Shown: positions 8,901 to 16,422, numbered from the stretch's first letter. The stretch is 32,000 nucleotides of DNA from Aeropyrum pernix K1 (GCF_000011125.1 NC_000854.2:30001-62000); one strand, 5' to 3'. Numbers and translations: made by a program. The notes: a model not told the origin generated them from the sequence alone.

Positions 8901-10392
8901 CCTCGGGGGATCTATTTCACTCAGCTCCCTTGAGGACCTCAGCTTGAATATCATTACCATGTCAAACGTGTCCCTAACACTGTTATCCGAGGGTGCCATA
9001 TCTGTAGTACTACCACAAAACGATGTCCCTCTTGATTCGCCCGAGTTGAGCGTGGCAAGTTCGGGCTCGCTAGAGGTAACTGGTGGCTTTGTGAACGTAG
9101 ATAGTCTCACGCTGAAGGGGCAGAGTGTAGTAGTCAACCGTGCTCATGCTAATGCTAGTAGTATCGAGATATCCGGTGAGAATGTTAGCATAGAGTATTC
9201 GGAGTTTACAGTAGAGCGCCTAAACATAAGTTATAATAGACTATATGTCAGAAACTCGAATATCGCCGTTGAAAAACTGGATATCCTCGGTGACATAACA
9301 TACTATACCGAGCCCGGGCTCTCCGTAATACTAAACACGAGAGTATCGGGGTTACAGGGAGGACCTGGATTCGAGCTAGAACTCCTGGGAAGCAATAATG
9401 TCCTAATAGTTAACTCGGAACTCTCACCCTCTGCGATAACCCAAAAGGAGACGGCCAGTTCAACCATAGCCTTCACATCATCAAAGGTCGCGACAGAGAA
9501 TTTGGAAGTCTCAGCATCTCATGAGAGCGGGCTAAGCCTAGTAGCCATTGCATCTCAGATCGATATAAACGGGATGCTCTCCATAAGCTCGAGAGGCGTG
9601 AAACTCTCATTACTGTCCAGCTCATTCCAGGCAGGCGGATGCAGCCTAGAGGAGGGCTCAGACATTATATCCGTCGACTCCAGAGTCAATGCTGGATGCA
9701 ACGTCACTAAGCTTATTGAAGAGGCAGTGGCATATGCATGGGGGGCTATTGCAGGAGACTTTAGCGTGGGATACGAGAGTAGCGCTGCTATAAAGGTAGG
9801 GGGTATCAACACTATTGTCTACTACACTGCTCTGGAAGATAGCACCATCTATGTCACGCTAGTCCCCGAGTCAAGGGAAGCTCTTGTCCTAACGGCGAGT
9901 ATTGCGACTATCGATTGCAGCGACAAGCTGCTTGTAGACGAGCTCGGCGGGACCCTATTAACCGTTGCCCAGGCCGTCGAAGAAGGAGGAGAATGCATGC
10001 TCAGATTTACAACAGCACTCTCAGGGAGGAACACATGGTTGATTAGCCTTAAAGATATAGAGCCAGATAGTGTTGAGACAACTACAGTGACTGAAACATT
10101 AACAACAACCCTCGCAACCACCGAGACAGAATACCAAACCTACACACTAGTAGAGACTGAGACAAGCACTAGCATTATCTATTCGACGCTAACAGAAACA
10201 GTAAAAGAAACAGTCACATCTACATCCACTATAAAATCGCCTGTAGTGAGTAGCATTACGATCACCACAACAGAGACTATAACTGCACCTACTAGCCAGA
10301 ACTACCTGTGGATAGCGGCTGGGTTGATAGTAGCTATTCTTGCGGCTTCAGCAGGGTACGTGGTTCTGAGACGGCTGTTCCTGGCCTCTTAA
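5926..10392 (+). CDS. Giant secreted surface protein (S-layer/adhesin-like, predicted beta-helix) with a Thr-rich stalk and C-terminal TM anchor
   Basis: TTG start 8 nt after GAGGTG. Sec-type signal peptide MNGNRLSPVKLAILAAIVLAAVSSYTAVA. About 1350 aa of S/T/V/L/E/N-rich beta-strand-like sequence with many N-x-S/T sequons. Thr/Glu-rich segment at about 10075-10300. TM helix LWIAAGLIVAILAASAGYVVL followed by RRLFLAS. Confidence 0.8.
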   Translation: MNGNRLSPVKLAILAAIVLAAVSSYTAVAESVNIIPEDDYQSGLVEVVIEGLDTGVSYTIAVEGGAVIVAVAGNVNVASYSENSVELVTGDGLATVYVYAREPRVYTVSLYSGGEKVAQASFEIQQLSGESDPPPDIVVDDSLELAVSTSLLTGSPPPSGVEILAPFIPSSDGAAVVYVTGSITVDDRVSISVDTNKTREYGVDALLLIGASGGVPGEKADITVQQGAVLGFKASGDSGFVVKLSSFNLTLDGVLEVRLGGLTGLELEYLTIKDASRGRVKLFLPSYSSLGDALATGNYISLHNVEGFINVVQVNSDPGKILAVRLELSGPPWPGLELVSKHHNVPLYIVEGPASQMEFLRIRGVGVLALEPDSILKLKLPLEVVLEGSYFVKQLPLAAVTVASTHPTEDLPLLLAPSVEVSSKSGSGGYFAIAGIWLEAEDMSIGNEGSLYLTALSYAKLDVDTASINSSTTIIGRPPEGILPVAPPEADTILNTVDLNVEAEEIIARDAILKAEDIEFVAGSGGITMGAVLAEAQNLSLKSNGDAVSATVSASSLLVGDIVLSNNIEAVFSTTILTSPIETRISLGRNTSLTTYSLLSHSPLIVSGSTNGSSTFTGTASVSTKLGLFNLNTPDLTIYVSSGVLELEAYKTRGSITIMREGKASIELNTPDSQLSLLIAIWGGSITLEDSSFKKFTVKTTRDDLTIFMKGVVRVYEEASFEVSYWSKLRVKGVDGELSASSLIMTAPEGEITLEDTLISGVNNFRVDESEAMPYRFETSNVTVEGGSNSAITVKSVETIISSTTINATVITVLSETASIEGSSIQGRTLNIQASNGLVLQDNTLRGEVNTILSSQTGSVEVKKLTVEGCSQITLDGVEGYVEFSASCGGQSTLAIQFNGGVYTLTGEVEGELEVSLSNGARLTMSMLEVKGGGLRIVGGEDTVVEGSASLVVECIARASATSLEVSGLTADLNIVVRGAMEPICVDLVASPLGGSISLSSLEDLSLNIITMSNVSLTLLSEGAISVVLPQNDVPLDSPELSVASSGSLEVTGGFVNVDSLTLKGQSVVVNRAHANASSIEISGENVSIEYSEFTVERLNISYNRLYVRNSNIAVEKLDILGDITYYTEPGLSVILNTRVSGLQGGPGFELELLGSNNVLIVNSELSPSAITQKETASSTIAFTSSKVATENLEVSASHESGLSLVAIASQIDINGMLSISSRGVKLSLLSSSFQAGGCSLEEGSDIISVDSRVNAGCNVTKLIEEAVAYAWGAIAGDFSVGYESSAAIKVGGINTIVYYTALEDSTIYVTLVPESREALVLTASIATIDCSDKLLVDELGGTLLTVAQAVEEGGECMLRFTTALSGRNTWLISLKDIEPDSVETTTVTETLTTTLATTETEYQTYTLVETETSTSIIYSTLTETVKETVTSTSTIKSPVVSSITITTTETITAPTSQNYLWIAAGLIVAILAASAGYVVLRRLFLAS

Positions 10393-10401
10393 GAGGGGTC
10401 A

Positions 10402-11106
10402 ATGTTGACGCACTACAAGACAGAAGTACTTAGAGTGGTTGTAGTTGAGGCTCTGAGGAGGGCTAGGTCTAGAGGAGTGACATACAGGGAACTAGCTGAA
10501 GCAACAGGGGTTGATGAGACGCTCCTAGCCAGGTATGTCTCGGGAAGGGTTATGCCTGGGGCTAGACAGGCGGAGAGGATCTGGAAGGGGCTTCTGGACA
10601 TCCTCGGTCCGGCTAGGCTTCTTGCGGAAAGTCTTGAGAAGGGTAGGTTGGACGTGGAGGCGGCGCTAGGAGACCCTTTATTCGTGGTTATGTCTCAGCT
10701 CTACTTTCTAGACAGGATTAAGGCTAGGGTGGACAGGATCCTTGTTCCCGAGGCTGCTGGTATAGGCCTTGCGACGGCGCTCGGCATCGCTCTAGGAGTT
10801 CATGTTGTAGTCGCTAGAAGGACTAAGGAATACACGTGGGCCGAGTATGTGGAGGCGGGTTTCGAAGACCCGGCCAGTGGTAGGAGCATGATTTTCTACG
10901 CTAGGAAGGACCTGTTGAGCGGGGCTGAGTGGATCCTTATTGTAGACGATATTGTTCAGACGGGTAGGACTCTCCACGCCATGGAAAAGATTGTGGAGAG
11001 TGTGGGTGGAAGAGTTGCCGCTATAGCCGCTGTTATAGTAGTTGGTAGTGAGTGGAAGCGGTTTGTGAGGAGCAGGGTTATACCGATCCTAGAAATAGCT
11101 CGATAA
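10402..11106 (+). CDS. HTH domain fused to a type I phosphoribosyltransferase domain (PyrE-like / GfcR-type putative transcription regulator)
   Basis: N-terminal HTH-like YRELAEATGVDETLLARYVSG. C-terminal PRPP-binding loop ILIVDDIVQTGRTL. ATG lies 9 nt after the stop of the surface-protein gene and is preceded by GAGGGG. Confidence 0.8.
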   Translation: MLTHYKTEVLRVVVVEALRRARSRGVTYRELAEATGVDETLLARYVSGRVMPGARQAERIWKGLLDILGPARLLAESLEKGRLDVEAALGDPLFVVMSQLYFLDRIKARVDRILVPEAAGIGLATALGIALGVHVVVARRTKEYTWAEYVEAGFEDPASGRSMIFYARKDLLSGAEWILIVDDIVQTGRTLHAMEKIVESVGGRVAAIAAVIVVGSEWKRFVRSRVIPILEIAR

Positions 11107-11125
11107 TACAGTATACGCAATGCAT

Positions 11126-11146
11126 AATTTACAATAATTGTAAATT
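11126..11146. promoter_or_regulatory. Perfect 10-1-10 palindrome AATTTACAAT-A-ATTGTAAATT, candidate operator (or terminator hairpin)
   Basis: Read directly from the sequence. Lies 20 nt after the stop of the HTH-PRTase gene and about 30 nt upstream of an AATATA box that precedes the ABC operon. Followed by GTTTTGG. Confidence 0.4.
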
Positions 11147-11177
11147 GTTTTGGTGTCTAGCTGTAAGAAGACAATAT

Positions 11178-11204
11178 AGGTTTTACACATAATGCAGGTT
11201 TTAC
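11178..11204 (+). repeat. Direct repeat AGGTTTTAC x2 (18-nt register) in the ABC-operon promoter
   Basis: Copies at 11178-11186 and 11196-11204. The second copy lies 23-31 nt upstream of ATG 11227. Confidence 0.4.
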
Positions 11205-11220
11205 TGGAGGCGGTTCGGGG

Positions 11221-12510
11221 TTGAGCATGAATCGTAGAGACTTCCTAAAGCTGGCCGGAGCCGCTGGAGCCGGTCTTGTTGTCGGAGGTCTGGGAGGATA
11301 CATACTGTCCGCCCCAAGAAAACAGCAGTCCCAGGCACCCACTGGAGGTGGTCTCAGCCTCAAGGCTCTCTGGATTTATGTGGGCCCCGTCGAGGATTAT
11401 GGCTGGACGCGGGCCCACCACGACGGGCATATGAAAGCACGCAGCAAGCTTGGCTGGCTGGAGTCATCCTACATAGAGACCGTGTCCGAGGATAAAGCAT
11501 ACGACGTTATAAAGGCTCAGCTCGACGCCGAGGGTTATGACGCCGTGTTCGCAACTAGCTACGGGTACATGGACGCTCTCAAAAGGCTAGCCACAGAGTA
11601 TCCCGACGTTAAATTCTACCACTGCAGCGGGCCATGGGAGGAGTTCAGGGATCTTCCAAACGTCTCAACCTACTTCGCAGAGTTCTACCAGCTCTACTAC
11701 CTTAACGGCCTTGCGGCAGCAGGCGCCACAGAAACCTGTAACCTGGGCTACATTCCGGCATTCCTCATACCAGAGGTTGTCAGACACATAAACGCCTATG
11801 TAATCGGTGCCGTTGAGGGTGCAAAGGTCCTGGGAAAGTGTGGAGATGGGCGCAATATACGGGTACTGGTTACGCCGCCCCTCAACAGCTGGTTCGCACC
11901 CGATAAGGCTAGGGATGCGGCGAGGCTCTTGGTAGAGACTTACGATGTGGATGTGATAGCGTATACTGAGGACACTACTGCAGTACTGGAGACAGCGGAG
12001 TCCTACTGGGACCAGGGGGTGAAGGTCTACAGCTTTAGCCACTATACCGACATGTACGCGTACTTCAAAAGCCAGGGTAAAACGTTGAGGAGCCATTTGA
12101 CAGGCCAGATATCGGACTGGGGGCCGATATACGTAGACCTGCTCGTCAGACAAGCGGCTGGCGTATACGAGAAGATCGATATATGGGCTAGGCTTGGAGA
12201 CTACACACCCATACGTTGGGCTAAGAGCCCTAGCGAAAGCCTAGCCGGCTCGCCAGAGGGGGCTGTATACCTGGCCCCTCTAAATACCGAGGCCATTCCA
12301 GCCAAGATGCTCGAGCATATTAAGCTGAGGTACGAGCAGATGAAGGAACTCCTATTCGAGCCCTTCACAGGCCCGATCAGAGGCTACAGCATCGACGCCC
12401 AAGGCAGGCCGCAGGAGGATCCCAAGCTGAAGGTGAGAGAGGGGGAGAGGCTGGGAAGGAACCCATTATGGGTTATGGACTGGCTCCACGAGAACGCTGA
12501 AACACTCTAG
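11221..12510 (+). CDS. BMP-family (Med/PnrA-like) ABC transporter substrate-binding protein with a twin-arginine signal
   Basis: NRRDFLKLAGAAGAGLVVGG is a Tat-type signal. WIYVGPVEDYGWTRAHHDG and YDAVFATSYGY resemble BMP/PnrA nucleoside-binding proteins. The start could be TTG 11221 or ATG 11227. Confidence 0.85.
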   Translation: MSMNRRDFLKLAGAAGAGLVVGGLGGYILSAPRKQQSQAPTGGGLSLKALWIYVGPVEDYGWTRAHHDGHMKARSKLGWLESSYIETVSEDKAYDVIKAQLDAEGYDAVFATSYGYMDALKRLATEYPDVKFYHCSGPWEEFRDLPNVSTYFAEFYQLYYLNGLAAAGATETCNLGYIPAFLIPEVVRHINAYVIGAVEGAKVLGKCGDGRNIRVLVTPPLNSWFAPDKARDAARLLVETYDVDVIAYTEDTTAVLETAESYWDQGVKVYSFSHYTDMYAYFKSQGKTLRSHLTGQISDWGPIYVDLLVRQAAGVYEKIDIWARLGDYTPIRWAKSPSESLAGSPEGAVYLAPLNTEAIPAKMLEHIKLRYEQMKELLFEPFTGPIRGYSIDAQGRPQEDPKLKVREGERLGRNPLWVMDWLHENAETL

Positions 12511-12607
12511 CTTTTCACAGAATAGACCATTTTATCCCTCAGAATGCAAACCACTATAGCGTGCCCAGGGCTTAGCAGGTTTACCCGGCTGTCAAGGTGG
12601 GAACAGA

Positions 12608-14086
12608 GTGTTCAAGGGGCTCGCTGTAGAGGACCTCGACGTCGTATACCCGGGGGGAGTGCACGCGCTTAAAGGGGTTACGGCTAGCTTTCCGGCAGGG
12701 GTAGTGACGGCTCTACTAGGCGAGAATGGGGCTGGGAAGACAACTCTCCTCAAGGCTATAATGGGTGTGGTAAAGCCGAGGAAAGGGAGAATACTGGTAG
12801 ATGGCTATGAGCTACGTCCCAAAGGGCCCGGTGACTCCCTCAGGAGCGGTATATACATGGCTAGCCAAAACCCTCCGGTGTATCCCGGTATCAAAGCCTA
12901 CGAGGACCTCGCTGTGACCCTCATGGTAGCCGGGAGGAAGGCAGGTCTAAGACAGGCTAGGACAATGCTAGCTGAAGCGTCTGAGGCTCTCGGATTAAAT
13001 ATAGATCCCGATAGGTACTTAGGGGAAATGGGGTTTTCGGAGAGGCAGAGACTCGAGGTTATTAAAGCCCTAGCCCTAGGCTCCAGAGCCGTGCTCCTAG
13101 ACGAGCCAACCACACACCTCACACCAGAGGAGGCGGCCCGAATGCTTGAAGCTGCAGGGCGCTTAGCGGCTTCTGGAGCCGCTGTACTTCTTGTCACCCA
13201 TAGGATAGGAGAGGCTATGGAGCATGCTGACAGGCTTGTCATCCTGAGGAAGGGTGTCAAGGTCTACGAGGGCCCGCCCCCCTCGTCGACAGAAGAGGTT
13301 GCTAAGCTTATGTTCGGCGAGGTCCTCGCACCCCGAGAGCCCAAGACGTTTACAGCTGCCACTTCTACGGGCAGGCCTGTACTCAGTGTTGACAGAGTCT
13401 CACTCCCCCCCAGGCTTAGGATGGCGAGGCTTGAAGTTCGACAGGGCGAGGTTGTTGGAGTGGCTGGCGTCGCAGGAAACGGTCAGGAAGAGCTTTTCGA
13501 GGTGATAGTAGGCCTTAGGAAGCCTGCTAAAGGGAGAATACTAATAGCCGGCGTCGATGTGACTCGAGCTCCACCGCTAGCCAGAAGAAGGCTAGGCCTC
13601 GGCGTGATCCCTGAGGAGAGGCTGGGCCACGCACTGGTTCCTGGAGAATCTATAGCGTTTAACATAGCCCTTTCAATCCACACAGCAAGGGACGGCTTTA
13701 TTGTGGACTGGCGCTACTATGAGAAGCTTGCTGAGGAAATGATTAGGGATATGGGGATAAAAGCGGTAAGCCCGAGGCAGATGGTTGACGAGCTTAGCGG
13801 GGGCAACATGCAGAGGCTCGTACTAGCGAGGGAGCTCTGGCTCAAGCCCCGCCTCCTGGTTGCTATGAACCCAGCCGCTGGTCTCGACCTGGAGGGTCAG
13901 CAGGCTGTGGCGGAAATGATGAGAATGTCCTCGGAGAGGGGGGGAGTACTGGTTATCGATGAAGACCTAGACTTCCTTCTCCGGGTGTCAAACAAGATTT
14001 ACGTTGCGAGTGGCGGGATAGTCAAAGGGCCTTACCTGCCTACCGAGGAGAAGTCGATTGTGACTGCAATGGGGGGGCTCGAGTGA
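12608..14086 (+). CDS. ABC transporter ATP-binding protein with duplicated NBDs (nucleoside/sugar type)
   Basis: First NBD: GENGAGKTT, FSERQRLEVIKAL, LLDEPTTHL. Second NBD: GVAGNGQEELF, LSGGNMQRLVLAREL. GTG start preceded by GGTGG. Confidence 0.9.
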   Translation: MFKGLAVEDLDVVYPGGVHALKGVTASFPAGVVTALLGENGAGKTTLLKAIMGVVKPRKGRILVDGYELRPKGPGDSLRSGIYMASQNPPVYPGIKAYEDLAVTLMVAGRKAGLRQARTMLAEASEALGLNIDPDRYLGEMGFSERQRLEVIKALALGSRAVLLDEPTTHLTPEEAARMLEAAGRLAASGAAVLLVTHRIGEAMEHADRLVILRKGVKVYEGPPPSSTEEVAKLMFGEVLAPREPKTFTAATSTGRPVLSVDRVSLPPRLRMARLEVRQGEVVGVAGVAGNGQEELFEVIVGLRKPAKGRILIAGVDVTRAPPLARRRLGLGVIPEERLGHALVPGESIAFNIALSIHTARDGFIVDWRYYEKLAEEMIRDMGIKAVSPRQMVDELSGGNMQRLVLARELWLKPRLLVAMNPAAGLDLEGQQAVAEMMRMSSERGGVLVIDEDLDFLLRVSNKIYVASGGIVKGPYLPTEEKSIVTAMGGLE

Positions 14087-15018
14087 GGAGGACGGCCAGC
14101 ATAGGAGTGGCTGTACTATCCACAATAATTGCAGGAATCATGTTATCCTTCATAGGACCAGGGCCTGCAGCTTTTGTCGAGGGCCTGATTAAAGCCGCCA
14201 CTACTCCCAGTCTTGTCTCTTACAGTGTGATTTACGCTGCCATACTTGTGGCGGCAGCCTCTGGCCTTGTGCTGTCGTATAGGGCTGGCTTGATAACTAT
14301 AGGCGTTGAGGCCCAGGTTACAGCCTCGGCTGTCGCAGCCCTTTACGCTCTAGCCTATGCAGGGTTAGGCCTGCCAGGCGCTCTAACCCTGGCCGCTATT
14401 GTGTCTCTAGCTATTGGCATTGTCATAGCCGCCCTTAGAGTTTATCTGGATGTTAACGAGATACTCTCAAGCCTCATGATAAACTATATAGTGTTGTACA
14501 TGGTTAACGGGCTCGTATCAGGACCTCTGCGCGAGGGAGCTTTCACAAAAACAAGGAGTATCGAGGCATTCGTCGGACCATTAGAAGCAGGGCTAGCGGC
14601 CGTTTCAATGGCAGCCCTATCCTGGATATTACTCGAACGCACTAGCCTAGGCATATCGCTAAGGGCATCAGGCCCGGCGCCCCGAGCAGCAGACATTTAT
14701 ACTATTGGAAGGGCCAGGGCTATGCTGCTTTCAAGCCTGCCCCAGAGTCTGGCGGCCGCTGCAGCAGGATTAATACTATTGGGAGGGATACAAACAGTAT
14801 TCACCGCCCTCAAACAGCCCCAGGGGTATGGTTACGCCGCTGTACTCGTATCATGGATGGCGGAGCTGTCTCCAACCACGCTTATTCCTGTAAGCCTGTT
14901 CTTCGCCTGGATAGCCGGAGCGGGATTCATACTCCAGGCTTACGGAATGCCCTCAAGCCTGGTTCTCCTCCTACAGAGCATAGCACTCACGGTCTACATG
15001 GTGGCGCGGAGGTTGTAG
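14083..15018 (+). CDS. ABC transporter permease (BMP-type system)
   Basis: GTGA start/stop overlap with the ATPase gene. 311-aa polytopic membrane protein. Confidence 0.85.
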   Translation: MRRTASIGVAVLSTIIAGIMLSFIGPGPAAFVEGLIKAATTPSLVSYSVIYAAILVAAASGLVLSYRAGLITIGVEAQVTASAVAALYALAYAGLGLPGALTLAAIVSLAIGIVIAALRVYLDVNEILSSLMINYIVLYMVNGLVSGPLREGAFTKTRSIEAFVGPLEAGLAAVSMAALSWILLERTSLGISLRASGPAPRAADIYTIGRARAMLLSSLPQSLAAAAAGLILLGGIQTVFTALKQPQGYGYAAVLVSWMAELSPTTLIPVSLFFAWIAGAGFILQAYGMPSSLVLLLQSIALTVYMVARRL

Positions 15019-15021
15019 GAG

Positions 15022-15867
15022 ATGGTGGAGATTGTGATATCAGCAGTCTTAACAACACTCATACCACTGAGCCTAGCCGCTCTGGGCGAGGCTGTATTAG
15101 AGAGGACTGGCCGAGTCAACCTCGGGGTGGACGGTCTAATGGCTGTAGGAGCCGCTGTTGGGGCTCTGGCGGGAGTCGAGACTGGCAGCCTCCTGGCGGG
15201 CCTGGCAGCTGGGGCTCTAGCAGGAGGTGTCGGAAGCCTCTCCTACATCATCCTCACAGATAGGCTAGGGGTAAACATGATAGTAGCTGGCCTCCTAGTC
15301 TTCTTCGCCGGCATTGGATTAGGCGATCTCGTGGGATCAAAGATAGCTGGGCGGCCGGGGCCCGTGCTGACAAGCCTCTACACAACGGCAGCCACAATCG
15401 GTATCGCAGCGGTAGCACTTCACCTAATACTCTACAACACAGTCACGGGAACAGCTCTCAGGGTTGTGGGGGAGAATCCGGCTGCGGCCAAGGAGAGGGG
15501 GGTGCCCGTTTGGAGGCTCCGCCTTTCAGCAGCTCTAGTTCAAGGTTTGTCCGCGGGCCTTGCAGGATACATCATGGTAGCCGGCCTCAGCTATGGTAAA
15601 TGGTACAGCGGCGTTACGGCAGGGTTAGGCTGGGTGGCTCTTGGAATAGTGATACTAGGTTACTGGACCCCCATTGGAGTCTTAATAGCCTCCACAGCGG
15701 TTTCCACAGTCTTCAGTATGAGAACACAAATAGCAGCCGCGACAGGTATACCACCGCTAGCAGACGCCATACCCTACATCCTAGTACTCATACTCCTCGC
15801 GGCCGGCACACATCTTTATGAAAGGATCGGACTCCGGCCACCCGCATCAATATGGCGCAGGAGATAG
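15022..15867 (+). CDS. ABC transporter permease (BMP-type system, second subunit)
   Basis: ATG 3 nt after the previous stop and preceded by GGAG. 281-aa polytopic membrane protein. Confidence 0.85.
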   Translation: MVEIVISAVLTTLIPLSLAALGEAVLERTGRVNLGVDGLMAVGAAVGALAGVETGSLLAGLAAGALAGGVGSLSYIILTDRLGVNMIVAGLLVFFAGIGLGDLVGSKIAGRPGPVLTSLYTTAATIGIAAVALHLILYNTVTGTALRVVGENPAAAKERGVPVWRLRLSAALVQGLSAGLAGYIMVAGLSYGKWYSGVTAGLGWVALGIVILGYWTPIGVLIASTAVSTVFSMRTQIAAATGIPPLADAIPYILVLILLAAGTHLYERIGLRPPASIWRRR

Positions 15868-15904
15868 TCTACTAGCAGAGGCATGACCGAGTTCTAGACA
15901 TCCC

Positions 15905-15909
15905 TTTTT
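15905..15909 (+). terminator. Oligo-T tract (CCCTTTTTACC) downstream of the ABC operon, candidate archaeal terminator
   Basis: T5 run 38 nt after the stop of the last permease gene. Archaeal termination typically uses oligo-T tracts. Confidence 0.3.
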
Positions 15910-15960
15910 ACCTTCAGGATACCACGTATATGAGCGTGACAGACAGGAGGTTAGTTTAAA

Positions 15961-16422
15961 TTGAAGATAGCCATAGCTTCTGAAAAGGCAAGTGAGCCCG
16001 TTTTTAGAGTAGCAGGAGGCCATTTCGCACACGCCCCCATCTTCCTGATCTACAAGGTTGATAACGGTGTTCCAAAGCTTGAGGAGATCAGGGAAAACCC
16101 TCTAGCCGCGATCCCCGACGAGGACGCGGGCGGAGACGTACATCACCACCATCATCACAAGGGGCTTCACGGCCCAAGCAAGTATAAGTACCTGAAGGAT
16201 AACGTGCTGAGCGACGTGAACCTCATAATAGCTGGTGGAGCGTGCATGACAAGCATAGCATACTTCCTCAGCGAAGGAGTCAGCCTGTCATTTGCCGATC
16301 CAGGCACCCCTGCCGATGAGGTCCTAAAAGCGGCAGTAGAGAAGGCATCAGAAGGGAAACTACCAGAGATTTCTGTATACGCCTGGGGGAAGCTAGTAGA
16401 TCCGGACGAGATAGAAGAATAG
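15961..16422 (+). CDS. NifB/NifX/NifY-family (dinitrogenase FeMo-cofactor-binding-like) protein with a His-rich insertion
   Basis: TTG start 8 nt after AGGAGGT. GGHFAHAPIFLIYKV and VNLIIAGGACMTSIAYFLSEGV match the NifX-like fold pattern. Internal VHHHHHHKGLHG at 16138-16173. Confidence 0.7.
   Translation: MKIAIASEKASEPVFRVAGGHFAHAPIFLIYKVDNGVPKLEEIRENPLAAIPDEDAGGDVHHHHHHKGLHGPSKYKYLKDNVLSDVNLIIAGGACMTSIAYFLSEGVSLSFADPGTPADEVLKAAVEKASEGKLPEISVYAWGKLVDPDEIEE

Noticed and set aside
8631-9137. Long antisense or out-of-frame ORFs from the six-frame track (for example 8631-9137, 11665-12153, 20631-21083, 24711-25178, 12898-13260, 5477-5767)
   Set aside because: Each lies entirely inside a gene with clear family motifs on the other strand or in another frame, and has the S/R/P/T-rich composition typical of shadow ORFs in GC-rich coding DNA.
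10075-10300. Thr-rich region of the surface-protein gene as a DNA tandem repeat or contingency locus
   Set aside because: I found no exact periodic DNA unit. It is low-complexity coding sequence (mixed ACN, GAR and other codons) typical of glycosylated stalks.
14853-15263. 136-aa plus-strand ORF spanning the junction of the two ABC permease genes
   Set aside because: It is out of frame with both well-supported permease genes. It is G/R/S/P-rich and shows no membrane or other motif.
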